From positions 77,874,001 through 77,938,000 of the forward strand of contig NC_086097.1 of the NCBI RefSeq assembly GCF_963921235.1: a stretch of 64,000 nt of DNA. Reading direction: 5' to 3'. The position numbers were made by a program, and so were the translations under genes. Origin of the DNA: Mobula hypostoma (Eukaryota). Of this stretch, positions 36,157 to 48,655 are shown piece by piece (positions within the stretch are counted from its first letter, which is position 1; every line of letters starts with the position of its first letter). The notes beneath the pieces are model-generated. The model was not told the DNA's origin, searched no databases, and was given only the letters and a program-made list of their open reading frames with translations.

Positions 36157-37359
36157 AGAGGTCAGCATGCAAAATCAACACACATGGGGTTGAAGGCAGT
36201 GGATTGAGAACTACTGGACTACAGGACATCGTTTCAACCAAAAAAACGATCATTTCAACCCAAAGGCAACCTAACCTGAAGGAAATACCCAATAGAATGT
36301 TTAAATTATATAGTAGTGACTCCTAAGGCATTCTCTGGTTAATCATTAAGCTTCAGCTAGAGGTTAACATGAAGTGCTTTGAAAGGAGATTGAAATTCAG
36401 AGACAGACAACCAAGTGTTTACCATGGCTCTCAATAACTATAATACCTGCATTTGACATTGTTTTGCTCTTTGAACCAGATCATATTCAATTCAGGCTGC
36501 ATCTATGGAGAGCAATAAGCCATAAACATTCCGGTCCAAGACCTTATCTAGGTGTGTTCTCACCAGTGAAGTCCTCAACCATAGGGTCAACCATAGATGT
36601 TGTGTCCCAGCTATCTACATGATATGCAAACCAGTACACACACCAAGGCAGTACGATATGAAAAACAAGCTGTTGTCCATGTAGCTAATGAATCCAAAGG
36701 AATGGCAGAGACTGATATAGGCTGGCATCTGGCATCGCAGAAGATGCTGGTCAGAAGTTGAACTCAATGTAGGACTGCAGGAGGGACTCCAGCTCTGGAT
36801 TTTTCCTTCGACTTCACTCCCAAAGTCTTCCTATAAGTGGGTATAGCTGCAAGGCACCGTAGGTTTGAGATTAGAGTTCTCATCCTCCTAAATGAGCTGC
36901 TAACCACAGCCTACGAGCCCGATCTGCCCAAAGTGAATGGTTTTAATGTGCCAGTAACCCACGTTTGTCCCTTCGCCTGTCAGTAGAAATGGTTCTGCGG
37001 GATTAGTAGCTAAGCCACACGTGAAGGCCAAGAGCTGGACTTGGTCATCAGAGCTATTTGAGATGCATGCTATGGGATGCATTTAATAGGTAGTGGGAGC
37101 TTGTCCTCACTACCACTCCCAGCCATAACAACCTTTAGAACCACTGGTGTTCTCACCAATATAATAATAATCATCGTCATTATTATTATTATTCAGTTTC
37201 CTCATCGAAATCGCAGATGTTTTTGTGGTTGGCTGGAACCCAAGCACTGATCCCTGTGGTATACTGAAAAGAATGTTTATTCCTCGATGTCCTGTAGTCT
37301 ACCAGTTCTCAATCCACTGCCTTCAACCCCACGTGCGTTGATTTTGTATGCTGACCTCT
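36157..37359. repeat. 75-bp inverted repeat pair (36157-36231 and 37285-37359)
   Basis: agaggtcagcatgcaaaatcaacacacatggggttgaaggcagtggattgagaact...acaggacatcg matches the reverse complement at 37285-37359 with only a handful of mismatches. Confidence 0.9.
36566..37146 (-). mobile_element. 581-bp non-coding retroelement (probably RTE-derived SINE-like) with 12-bp TSD
   Basis: Perfect TSD gtgttctcacca (36554-36565 / 37147-37158) and no coding capacity. Strand and family are inferred. Confidence 0.7.
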
Positions 37360-38599
37360 ATGGATTTTTATTATAAGCTCTCAGAAAATATAGATAAACT
37401 ATACCCCTAGTTCTCCATTCTCTACTTCACTGCTTACGCTCTGCATAAAACCTTCCATGAACCAGAGCATTTTGGAAGTTGACTGCCAATAATGTATTAT
37501 TTCTGTGGCTACCTATTTTAGTTCTCTTTCAGTCCCATTAAATTTACTGCCACAATATTTTCACTGATATTAATTTTGTTTAGCTCCTCATTTGCATTAC
37601 ACTCTTCACTCCTGAGTGCTTCTGGGAAGCTACTTTACTTTTCCTTTTCTGAGGTATTTTTCCACAAAGATAAAACTAAAATATTTTGTATAATTATCCT
37701 TGCTTTTTAATTCTCCATTACAAATACACCTGTTTCTGGTTGAAAAAGATAGAAAATTGATTTCACTAATCGTTTTTCTTTGCATGTATATACCAGTAGG
37801 AGCTTTTACAGATCATAGGTCTTATTCCCAAAATCTTGCTGTGACATGGAACAATCTACAATTAACAACTAGTCCTTGAGACTCTGCCAAAAGAATGCTA
37901 ACGGGCCTTTGAATTCTTATTGTTGTCAGTGGCTTTTGTACTGCTCTTAAAAATTTATGTTGATCAGAAATGGTTAAAATGAGTTTAATGGAAGTCAAAA
38001 TATTTTAACAAATAAAATGATAACACATTTACTAAAATATCACCTTTACAGACCATTAATTAAAAATATTGAGATTAAAGAAAAAATTTTAAAGACCTCA
38101 TCTTACTTACATTTTCATTTCTGGTGGTCTCATTCAAGTGAATAAGACTGTGCTAACAGCCAGCCATGACTGAGGCCGGATGCAAAGTTCAATCATCTGC
38201 ACTGCTAAGGATGTTTATTCTCTGGCAATGTAACCTGGAATGGATGGTAAATATTGGCCTTGCCACTGACATACATATTCCATAAACTGGATAAATAAAT
38301 GAAAATTTAATTTTGATAAATCCCAACATCAGTTCTTAAAATAATTTGCTGTAGCAGTCTGACCTACCCGACAGGCCCACACAAAAATATCTGCTCTTAG
38401 AACCTGTGCCAAGTCAGAGTGTTCGAGCAGGAGTTCCTTCATCTTAATGGAGATGTCATTGTGAGAGGTGAAAATTAGATGTTACCTTTTTTAATTATTT
38501 ATGCTTGCAGCAGTGTTCATAAATTCTAAGTGCTTTTCAGTGATTTAATCTTTTTATCTTTTAAAAAGTAATTTATTAATTATACTTATTTCATTCTTT

Positions 38600-39360
38600 A
38601 TTGAAGTGGCAGCATGTTTGAACACAGCAGCCTCTCTGGGGCCTACCAAAGGTGCTCTGTCCTTTGCTAAATGTGTTTTTTATGATTGAAAGACAGTGCT
38701 GGGCTCCAAGAACTTTGGGTGCAGCAGGTCTACTGCACCAGTGAGCTGCTTGTTGATCGAAGTAGCTAGCTGGGATGTCAAAGGAGCTGCCCGTAGTGTT
38801 GGAGAAGGAGACAGCTGAGGGCTGGGGAATGAGCTGGTTGAAATGTTGGAGGAGCCGGACTGGGTTTGGAGGAATGGTGCTGGCTACAGACCGTAATGTT
38901 ATCTGCTACTCGAAGGCATCGGAGTTGGTGAGCAATGGCAGCATGCAGTGTAACCATGAGTGACTGTCTTGGATGTTTCTCCTGTGATCACATGACTCTG
39001 TTGGACACTGATAATATAAATTGGCACAGGCCTGGTTCCCTTGTTTGGTGATGAGACAGGCACCATAGGACCTGTGTAGCCTCAGTTGTGGTGAGGACAA
39101 GGCCTCAAGTCGCAGGCTTGCCTGCTGCTGCTGTCCAGGTAAGGTGGCACTGGAGGCAGTGAAGCATGGCAGCCAAGCTCAGTTATGGACTGGCATCTAC
39201 CATTGGTGCTGCCCTCCAGTGTTCAATCAGTAGAATGACAAGCTGATTTGCCAGGAACAGTACCAACTATGTGTGGGACATGTCATTCAAAGTCTTGGAC
39301 TACATGTATGTTTTGTTTTTGCTCGCTGTTTTGAATGTGCTGTGTATGTTTTGCACCTTG
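38600..39360 (+). mobile_element. Old non-autonomous element, possibly related to the 47939-48655 type
   Basis: GC-richer island with a similar start (gaagtggcagc...cagcctctctggg) and a T-rich end with ttttgcac. Weak evidence. Confidence 0.35.
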
Positions 39361-41652
39361 TCTGTCCATCATGCTCTTTGTATGTGCCCTGCTTTGTTGC
39401 ATTTTCTGCAAGTTTTGCTTTTAAACCTACATTGGTCTGGCGTATGCGAGTTCCTGCCACAATGGTAACATAATTTGCTCAGCCAGGCTGGTTTCTGTTC
39501 AGATGTTGCAATTTTGCTCACTTTCATTTTCATTCCTGACTGCAATTCAATTCCTTCTCTGGCTGCTGTTTCCACTAATACAGCAATTTCAACTATTCTT
39601 TTAAACATAAATTGTACTTCAGCTGGGAGGTATTTTTTGAAAACCTCCTTTCAGATTCCACAAACTAAAGAATCTCTCAGTGCATCATTAAACGCATCAC
39701 TGAACTGACAATGCTAAGACATCTTCTTCAATTCAGCCACATATGCTGATAAGGACTCCTGTTCTTTTTGACTTCACTTCTGAAACCTAAAGTGTTCAAC
39801 AATCAACAATAGTTTCAGTTCTACATGTTCCTGCATTGCTTTAATGATATCAGCAAAGCTCATTCTGCTGGTTTTGCTGAAGTAGTTAAACTTCCAAGGA
39901 AACTGTATGCTCCTCCACCTATTACACTCAGCAAAACTGGCACTCGCTTTGTATTGCTTATTTCATTTGTTTCAAAATGATAACAACTCTAAAGTGGTTT
40001 AAATCCTATTTACAGGACAGGGAATATTGATTGGTAGCTGCATATCTGACTGAACAAAAATGACATGTGAAGTACCTCAAATGCCCATATTAGGGCCTCT
40101 TCTGTTTAACATAAACATGCTCCCTCTAGCTCAAATCATGGTGAGCAACAAAATTTCTTATCATAATTATGCAGATGACACTCAGATTTATATGTTAGTG
40201 TCATCAAGTGACTATGGTCCCATACAATCACTAAAAAACTGTATTGAACAAATCATTGATTGGATGAGCCAAAATTTCCTCCAGTTAAATGAAGCGAAAA
40301 CTGAAATAATTGTTTTTCATGCCAAAAAAGAATGAGTAAAAGTCAGTGTTCTTAAAATCCCTATCACTACAGACCACAAATCAAGCCAGAAATCTTGGTG
40401 CTGTGATGGACTCTGACTTAAATTTTAATTGCCACATTAAGATAATGACAAAGCCTGCCTACTACCATCTTAAAAATACAGCGAGAGTTAAAGGGCTTAT
40501 GTCTTAGCAAGATCTAGAAAAACTCATGCATGCATCTATTTTTAGCAGGCCTGCCTACTGTAAGGGTGTTTTTACAGGTCCCTGAAAAAACAATCCCCAA
40601 GGCAGCTGCAGCTCATTCATAACACTGCTGCTAGAGTCCTCATTAAGACCAAGGTAGTAGAATCTATCACTTCAGTTCCCAGATAGCCACGCCATCAGAG
40701 GATTGACTTTAAAATATTACTACTGGTTTACAAAGCACTGAATGTCTAGGGCCAAAATACATCTCTGATCTCTTGCTGCATTATGAACCTTCCCGAGCTC
40801 TCAGGTCATCTGGGGCGGGCCTGCATACTGTCCCCATTTTACAACTAAACATGGTGAAGCAGCTTTTGGGTATGATGCTCCACATATATGAAATAACCTT
40901 CCAGAAGATCTGAAGTCTACCCCAACTTTAAGCTTGATTAAATCAAGGCTTAAAACTTTTCTTTTCATTGTAGCTTTTAATTAGAATCTCCTGTGCCATA
41001 ACTTCTATTTATCATATCTATTTTTGTGTGGTTTTATTCTCTTACATATTGTCTGAAACTTGATGCTTGTTTTTTATATCTTCTTCCATGTAAAGCACTT
41101 TAAATTGCCTTAAGTTTGGAAAGTGCTATAAAAATAAACTTGGTTGCTTCAAAATGCTGCTCAATTAGCTCAACATACAATATACAGTTATCTGTCATGC
41201 AATTGAACACATCTATCTTTCCAATGCACCCAGCCATTTCTGCTTTTTAAAAAAATTATTATAATCACCCAGTACTTACTGTTCATGAACTCATGAATTT
41301 CATCCAATTATTTCTTTATTCTTTTAACTCAACTGTATGCTGTGCTTCCAAAGAAAAAAGAACGCTCTGCCTTTCTACAGGTAGCTAGTCTTCTCAGATT
41401 TATTTATAAAATTTACTCTTCACCATTGTTATGTTTTGTAATTCCAAAACATAAAACTAATCAAAAGAACAACATGGAGCAACGAATAATGTGTACATTT
41501 AGTTTTCACTTTAGTGAGGCACTTATGTGTGGTGTAATGGTGTGTGCCATTCACATACTTTTATATATGACCCATAATCAATTATGTAAACAACAAAGAA
41601 AGCTTAATCAAACAATATATACACAATATTACTGAAATATTAAATACATAAT
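39360..41652 (-). mobile_element. Mag-like Ty3/Gypsy relic: 5' LTR (~41427-41652), PBS-like tggtgaagag and gag, split by an L2 insertion
   Basis: MAGCIGKIDVFNCMTDN...IEQHFE|NEISNTKRVPVLLSVIGGGAYS joins across L2. Tandem knuckles CYHCGRNSH..DQCRFK.KTCRKCNKAGHIQRA. Confidence 0.75.
39980..41143 (+). mobile_element. L2-clade LINE 3' portion with 13-bp TSD
   Basis: [44 protein letters not shown] and L2 tail gtaaagcactttaaattgcc..aagtgctataaaaataaa. TSD ttgtttcaaaatg (39967-79) / ttgcttcaaaatg (41144-56). Confidence 0.88.
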
Positions 41653-42081
41653 ATAAATAGCGCAAAAGGAGAACAAAAAGGAAGAAAAATAGTAAGGTAC
41701 TGAATATATAAAGTATATGTTTGTTGACCATTCAGAAATATGGTGCTAGTTTCTATAGATATGCTTTTTGTTTGCTGTGGGTAGAAAACAAAGGTTGAAG
41801 ATCACACATTTAGCAACCAATTTCTGTTCGAAAACAGCAAAATTGTCACTGCCTGTTCTGTAGTGATATCTGACATTGGGAAAACATGCTTAAGAGACTT
41901 ACATCAAGGAAGATATAGGCCATTTTCTCATGACCTGTAAGTGATCACTTGTGGGACTTTATGGATGCAAACAGCTTTCACCCATAAGCAGTATTTTAAA
42001 ACTGAGAGCAAATCAGGCTAATTTCAGGGTAATTTTCTCGATGTGTAACCACTGAAATCAGATGCAATTGGTCAAATCCTG

Positions 42082-42275
42082 AAACAAGAGATTGCAGATG
42101 CTGAAATCTGGAGCAAAGGTAAACTGCTGGAGGAACTCAGTGGGTAGGACAGCATCTGTAAGGGAAAGGAATTTTCCTGATACAGAGTCTCGACTCAAAT
42201 TATTGACAATTTCTTCGCACCCCTCCCCCCACAGCAGCTCGACCCTAAACGTTCCCTCAGGATTCTGTTTATTTA
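42082..42275. mobile_element. Old fold-back PLE-derived repeat with degenerate hammerhead (~42175-42208)
   Basis: tgcagatgctg...ctgctggaggaactcag arm, then cctgatacagagtctcgactcaaattattgac. Confidence 0.6.
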
Positions 42276-42449
42276 CCTTTTAAACAACCTGAGTCTGGTC
42301 AATTGAGTCTACTCCAGTGTTAAGTTTCCTAGCATAATTCACATTTCCCAATAAATGGTAAATCTTATTTGACTTAATCTTCTTTGAATATTATTCAGTA
42401 TGAATGTTTTTTTTCTAGATGAGGAGACCAGAATGATTCCTAACCATAT

Positions 42450-43120
42450 ATAGAAACATAGAAAACCTACAGCACAATACAGGCCCTTCGGCCCACAAAG
42501 CTGTGTTGAACATATCCCTACCTTAGAACTACCTAGGCTTTACCAATAGTCCTCTATTTTTCTAAGCTCCATGTAGCCATCCAGGAGTCTCTTAAAAGAC
42601 CCTATCATTTCCGCCTCCACCACCACTGCCAGCAGCCCATTCCATGCACTCACCAATCTCTGCGTAAAAAACTTACTCCTGACATCTCCTCTGTACCTTC
42701 TTCCAAGCACCTTGAAATTATGCCCTCTCATGCAAGCCATTTCAGCCCTGAAGAAAAGCCTTGACTATCCACACGATCAATGCCTCTCATTATCTTGAAC
42801 ACCTCTATCAGGTCATACCTCACATCCTCCATCACTCCAAGTAGAAAAGGCCGAGTTCACTCAACCTATTCTTATAAGGCATGCTCCCCAATCCAGGCAA
42901 CATCCTTGTAAATTTCCTCTGCACCCTTTCTATGGTTTCCACGTCCTTCCTGTAGTGAGGCGACCAGAACTGAGCACAGTACTGCCAGTGGGGTCTGACC
43001 AGGGTCCTATATAGATGCAATAATACCTCTCAGCTCTTAAACTCAATGCCACGATTGATGAAGGCCAATGCACCATATGCCTTCATAACCACAGAGTCAA
43101 CCTGTGTTGTAGCTTTGAGT
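42450..43120 (-). mobile_element. CR1 3' portion
   Basis: LYRTLVRPHWQYCAQFWSPHYRKD and FFTQRLVSAWNGL, with a (TTTCTATG) tail. Confidence 0.9.
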
Positions 43121-43668
43121 TACCCTTGTTAATTAGTGTCAGTTGCATATTTTCAATATTAATATTTGAAAATTTGTCCTCTTAAATTCTGGCTGAACTT
43201 GCATACAAGTCTACTGTAACCTGTTTTCAACTACACCCAGGACTCCCTCACCACCAATTTCTATCTCACCACATAATAAATATTCTGTGTACCTGTCATG
43301 ATTATCAAAGTAGATGGCTTCACATTTTTTCTACATTATATTCCTTCTGCCTTGTCCTTGTCCAATCACTTATTTTATCCAGGTACCCCTAAAGCATTTT
43401 TACATCATCTTCTATACACGTAATCCTGTCAAGTTCAATATTATCAGCAAATAAGAAAAAAAACTGACTTTTCGTACCATCAGTAAAATTGTTGATATAC
43501 TGTTCCCACTGGTCACAGCTAGCTCACTTAACTTGAGTCTGTTTGTTCCTACTTCTTTTGTTTTCTGTCCAATTACCAATTTTCTATTCATGTCACACCC
43601 TATCCTTATTAACCAATTTCCTGTCAGTGAAGTGGAACATTATCAAAAGTATTCTGAAAATCCAAATT

Positions 43669-44530
43669 CAATAGATTCCAGGAATTGGGACACATTGGGA
43701 CTAGTACATTTTGGCCCAATTAAGTGGCTGCCCTGATTAGCCAAAGAGTCACGGAAATAGTTAAAAAGGTTAAAAAAAAAGACAAACAACCGTTTAAATG
43801 AGTAGCAAATTATGCATTTAAATTAAATTCAGAACAAATTATAACACACAAATACTACTACAGTAATACAAAGCTGTGTATTAGTTCTTAATAGTTATCG
43901 ATGGAGGAATTCATCTGGCGTACGCTGCTGTGTTCTTTTGATTGACTGTAACTGAACAACATCAGTGCAGACAACTAGTGCAGATAATGGATTGCCTTCA
44001 TTGCCTTCCTGCATGAAGTAATGTAGTAATCTAATAATAAATCTCCTGGCATCCTGCATAGTCACTAGATTAAATTCAGATGTGTCATCTTCATCTCTTT
44101 CCTCGTCCTCATATTTCCTGCCATGGTGTTTTGATACAATGCTTTCAACAACTGCATCCTCCAAATCTACATTTTCATCATAACATTCAAGAGAAAACTG
44201 ATCAATTTCTCTAACACTTCTGGCAGGGAAAGTGCACATATTTGTAGATAACTTCAAATCCTTTGTAGTTCCGAACTTGTTGAAGTAGTGAAATCATTCC
44301 ATTTTCACTCACAGCTGTTTTTGGCATTTGCAAGCCATTCAAATGTATGCAACTGACACTAATAAGAAACTGTTCAGCAACAGTCTCCTGTCCAAATTAA
44401 GTGGCATAGTGGCCCAAATAAATGAAGGGAATCCCAGCTATTTTCTCAATAACTTTTTGTTCTGTAAGAGTTGTCCCAAATATGTGATTTCCCCCATTAC
44501 CCAATGGCCCAATTAACTGGAATCCACTTG
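43669..44530 (-). mobile_element. pogo/Tigger-like DNA transposon relic (internally deleted)
   Basis: Imperfect TIRs caatagattccaggaattggg / cccaattaactggaatccacttg and repeated subterminal ccaattaagtggc. Acidic C-terminal segment EDEERDEDDTSE..TMQDARRFIIRLLHYF resembles Tigger/CENP-B tails. Confidence 0.65.
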
Positions 44531-45179
44531 TTTTATTGTTCAATGTTATTAGTGGTGATACAAATATTCACAGTGGACATGACACCAGTAAAACATTTTC
44601 TGCAGGATTTCAGGCATAAGCTTTAGTGAAAGTGGTTCTGAATGATTGTTTACACACTGCTCAATATCAGGGCACAATAGGAAGAATAGGAACCTATTCA
44701 CTTGTAAGTAAATTGGTAAAACTGTGACAATTTTTAGTAATAAATGTTCAGCTATATTTTGTTGGCAAAAATATTATATTCAAGTTCCAGCCACAAAATC
44801 ATTACAGTTATTTTGATCATAGTCCATCCTAATTATTGGAACTAAATAAATCAGCCAGCACCTCACTAAATATGACGAGATGTTCCCACAATTAACTGGC
44901 AGCAAGTTTAAGGTCCTCAGCAGTTATGATTACAAAGCAAAATGATATTACTTCACCATGATGTCATTTAATCTCCCATGCTTAACACAAGTGCTGTATC
45001 CATTAGAAAGATCAAAAGATTTCTGCCCGGTCATTTTGCCCCCTCTTTCATACTTGTTACTAATCAGGGAGTTACACTTTCAAATATGGACACTCGCCAA
45101 ATTTGCAATAGAATTGGGGGCTTTCATTGTTTCCCATCCACCCTTAGGGTAATACCAGCTTTGTCATCTGAAACTTCTG

Positions 45180-45585
45180 GTAATTTCTCCCTGTTTCCCC
45201 TTCTCTCTTTTTCCATTTCCCATTCTGGTTCCCCTCTCACCCCTTCTCGTCTCCTCACCTGCCCATCACCTCCTTCTGTTGCCCCTCCTCCTTCCCTTTC
45301 TTCCATGGTCCACTCTCCTCTCCTATAAGACTCATCCTTCTTCAGCCCTTTACCTCTTCCACCTATTACCTTCCAACTTCTTTATTTATACCCCCTCCCC
45401 CATCCACCTTCCCCCTTCACCTGGTATCACTTATAGCTCACCTGTCAGCTTGTACATCTTCCCCTCTCCCCCACTCCACTTTTTCTTCTGGCTTCTTTAC
45501 CCTTCCTTTCTAGTCCTGATAAAGAGTTGGTCCAATCCATCAATTGTTTTCTCCTTCCATAGATGCTGCCTGACTTGCTGATTCT
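45180..45585 (+). mobile_element. PLE 3' UTR/terminal repeat fragment
   Basis: Pyrimidine-rich tract homologous to 5750-6090 and 31220-31550, ending gatgctgcctgacttgctga. Confidence 0.7.
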
Positions 45586-45589
45586 GAGA

Positions 45590-46265
45590 TACATCCTGTG
45601 GATGCGCTGGGACACACCATCAGTGATGTAACCTGGGGTCGTCAGGCGTTTCGGGTCTTTCGACACCATACACCCTCGCCCAGGTGATCCTGCCGGGGTT
45701 GATCAGACCCCAGCTTGTGTCCCAGCAGCATTGGCCCACGGGTCACCCCTCCTGATCCACAGCCATCTCGAGGCTCTCTCAGTGGCCTCTGTGATCGCTT
45801 TCCTCTTGCCAGCCCCAGTGATGCCAAGTAGGGGGTAGACTCTGCAGAGTGAGCAGCCGGCAGAACCCCTGCACCCCACTTCGATGGGCTTGCAGTGAGC
45901 CTCCCAGCCTTGCCTCCAGCACTGCTCCACCAGCTCCTGGTACTTGGCCCGCTTCCACTCATTTGCCTCTTCAATGTGGTCCTCCCAGGGAACTGCCATC
46001 TCGATGAGGACAACCTGCTTCGAGGACACTGAAGAAAGGACCACATCTGGCCTCAGTGAAGTTGTTGCTATTTGGTCGGGAAACTTCAGCTGCCTCCCCA
46101 GGTCAATCTGAAGCAGCCAATCTGCTGCGGTGCTAAGCAGGCCCGATGATGATGCTGGTCCAGGCTGACGTAAGGGTTGTGCTCCGGTTCTGACAAAGGA
46201 GATGTTCTTCCTCTGACCACTCTGTTTGCTGGTGGTCATGGCCATTGCAATGCTCTCTGACACTG
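45590..46265 (-). mobile_element. Second HERO-like REL retrotransposon 3' fragment (different subfamily)
   Basis: DLGRQLKFPDQIATTSLRPDVVLSS..VVLIEMAVPWED.IEEANEWKRAKYQEL...PIEVGCRG..ERASRWLWIRR. Confidence 0.88.
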
Positions 46266-47938
46266 GAGGTGGTCCAGGAGGGAGTCATTAGGGTAATTTT
46301 TGGGACGAGAGGGCTATCCTACTACAAATAGCTAAAGCACTTACAGTAGATCTACATATATTCTTTGGAGTTTACAAGACTAAAATGTTCCCGTTCAAAC
46401 ATATAAGATCCTAAGGGTATCTGACAGGGTAAATAAAGATACGTTTCCACCAATGGAAGAGTCTCATATAAGGAGACGTACTTCCAAGATGAGGTGGCAG
46501 TCACATGAATGTGAGTTGCATAAGAATTTCTTCCCACTGAGAGAGGATAGAAACTTTTTGTCTATCTCAGAGAGCTGTGGAAGCCAGATCATTAGAGATA
46601 TTTAAAGAGAAGGTGAACGAATATTTGAAAGATCGGTGAATGTGGAATTGGAATGGAGGGAGAACAACATCCTGAGACAGGTCATGAGGAGCCAGGTGGC
46701 CCACAACTGCTCCTATTATCTTACTTGCTTGTATTAGAACTCATTATGAGGTAGACCAGTAGAGTTAACCCCACATCACAGTGATAATGAAGACATCAAG
46801 TAGGCAAAACTGACCATGTGTGAAGCATTCATGTACTGAATTCATTAGAATGGTTTCAAAGTATAAAAGAAACTGTTTCTATTTAATTTTGACATTGGTT
46901 CATTTGGAGGAGAATAGAACAATATGAATATGGCTGTTAATTTAGTGAATTATTAGGAGAGAAAGATTTCTGGACATGTCTCAGGCAACATTAGATAGCT
47001 ACAGCTTGCCAAAGAGAAGAAGTGGTTAAATTAAATTGTCACACCATTATTTAACTAGAAGTTCTACCAGTATAATAGAACTGCATCTCCAATCAGAAAA
47101 AGTGGTAAACAATAGGGACAAGTCAAAAATTCAGCTTTGTAATACTCCTTGAGGCTTGAGAAAAATTAACAGGCTCCAGTTTAGACACAGATGCTACCCA
47201 GCCTACAAAGTATTTAAAAGATTTATTGCTGTTGCTTTCACGCACCAAATGTTAGAGGAATTTCTTGACAAATCACCCTCAAAGGATCTAATGGGCTCCT
47301 GCTTCTCCTATGAGCTGTTAGTTTCTTCCTGTAGGTGCTGGGAAATTGTTATGTATTTTCATAATTTTCTGTTTTTATTAATCAGTGACATGTATTGGCA
47401 GGATTCAACCTATACAATATTAAACGGCCAAAGATTAAAAAAATATACTGTTCTTCTAGTTCCTAGAATCCAATATATATGATAAATAAATATTTTTACT
47501 GAGATTTAAAGCAAATTTACGATTAGTTACTAACACCCCTCTATGAATTTGATGGTCAGATTGATTGACTTAGCTGAATAAAATGTTAAAGCATTAATTA
47601 ATGCAATTGATATTAAGCAGGCTATCTATGAATACATATGTAAAAGTTGCCACTGCAGATACAATTTGAACCCATTTTTACATTCACTGGGGTGTTTCAA
47701 CATTTTTCTACACAATAATGATTCGTTGGACTAAAGATGACCATTTAATAAAAAAAGATCAAGCAGCTGAAATAAGAAGAGAAATTGCAGGAGATAATCA
47801 ATATGTCAAGCGGCATCAGTGGAGAAAGAACCAGAGGTAATCTCCCAGATGAAAGAACCCTCATCAGAGCTGAAAAAAAATTATGAAAAGCTATTGACTT
47901 GAAAGTATGACTGTTTTCCTTTCACTCTTTACAGATGC

Positions 47939-48105
47939 GGCAGGAGAAGAGAAGAAGATGGCGGTGCGACGGCAGCGTGCGTGGTCTCTCCGGTGATTGA
48001 TATCTGTAATATGTCAAATAGGAGACCGTGCACAATTCTAATTTGATGGAGACGGACGTGATAGTACGGAGGAACATCTGGAAAACTTCTGAAGTACCCG
48101 CTTTG

Positions 48106-48136
<31 letters not shown>

Positions 48137-48655
48137 GTGGTAACTGGAATCTCCGGAGCAGAAGGCCCAGAATCCTCGACTTTGCTTGTTTCGGCGGCTG
48201 GGGCGAGGTCGAAGGTGCTCGGCAGAGGATGGCGCTCGGGAGGCTGCATCGGAGGGGCTGGTCGGTGGCTCGAAGTTTTCGGATGGATGGACTCAGTGTC
48301 GGCTGTGATCGGCTGCTTCCAAGGCATCGACGTTGACGGTGCCTGGAGGTTTATAGCAGGGAGTTTCTCCCTTTTGCCGCCTGCTATCGGGGACTCGGGA
48401 GTCAATCGACTCGGGGACTTGGAGACTATTTTTTTACCGTGCCCATGGTTTGTTCTTCATCAAATTATGGTATTGGTTTGCACTGCTGTAACTATATGTT
48501 ATAATTATGTGGTTCTGTCAGTGTTAGTCTTTGGTTTGTCCTGTTTTCTGTGAAATCACTCCGGAGAAACATTGTATCATTTCTTAATACATGTATGCAT
48601 TCCTAAATGACAATAAAAGAGGACTGAGTGTTCTCATAATCTAATCTAATCTAAT
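47939..48655 (+). mobile_element. Young ~715-bp non-autonomous SINE-like element with LINE-type ends, nested in an old PLE repeat
   Basis: 5' aagatggcgg, CpG-rich body, (GCT)n at 48104-48131, AATAAA and a (TAATC)n tail. The 3' end resembles the Rex1 3' UTR at 3690-3770. It splits cagatgc|tgcctgacctgctgag. Confidence 0.7.

Noticed and set aside
45610..45665. GAAAC...CTGATG motif in HERO 3' UTR as a type II hammerhead
   Set aside because: Stem I cannot be formed (only ~5 nt), stem III is mismatched, and the core reads CTGATGG.
48028..48553. ORFs with a poly-Leu signal-peptide-like run
   Set aside because: The Leu run is a (GCT)n microsatellite inside a SINE-like element.
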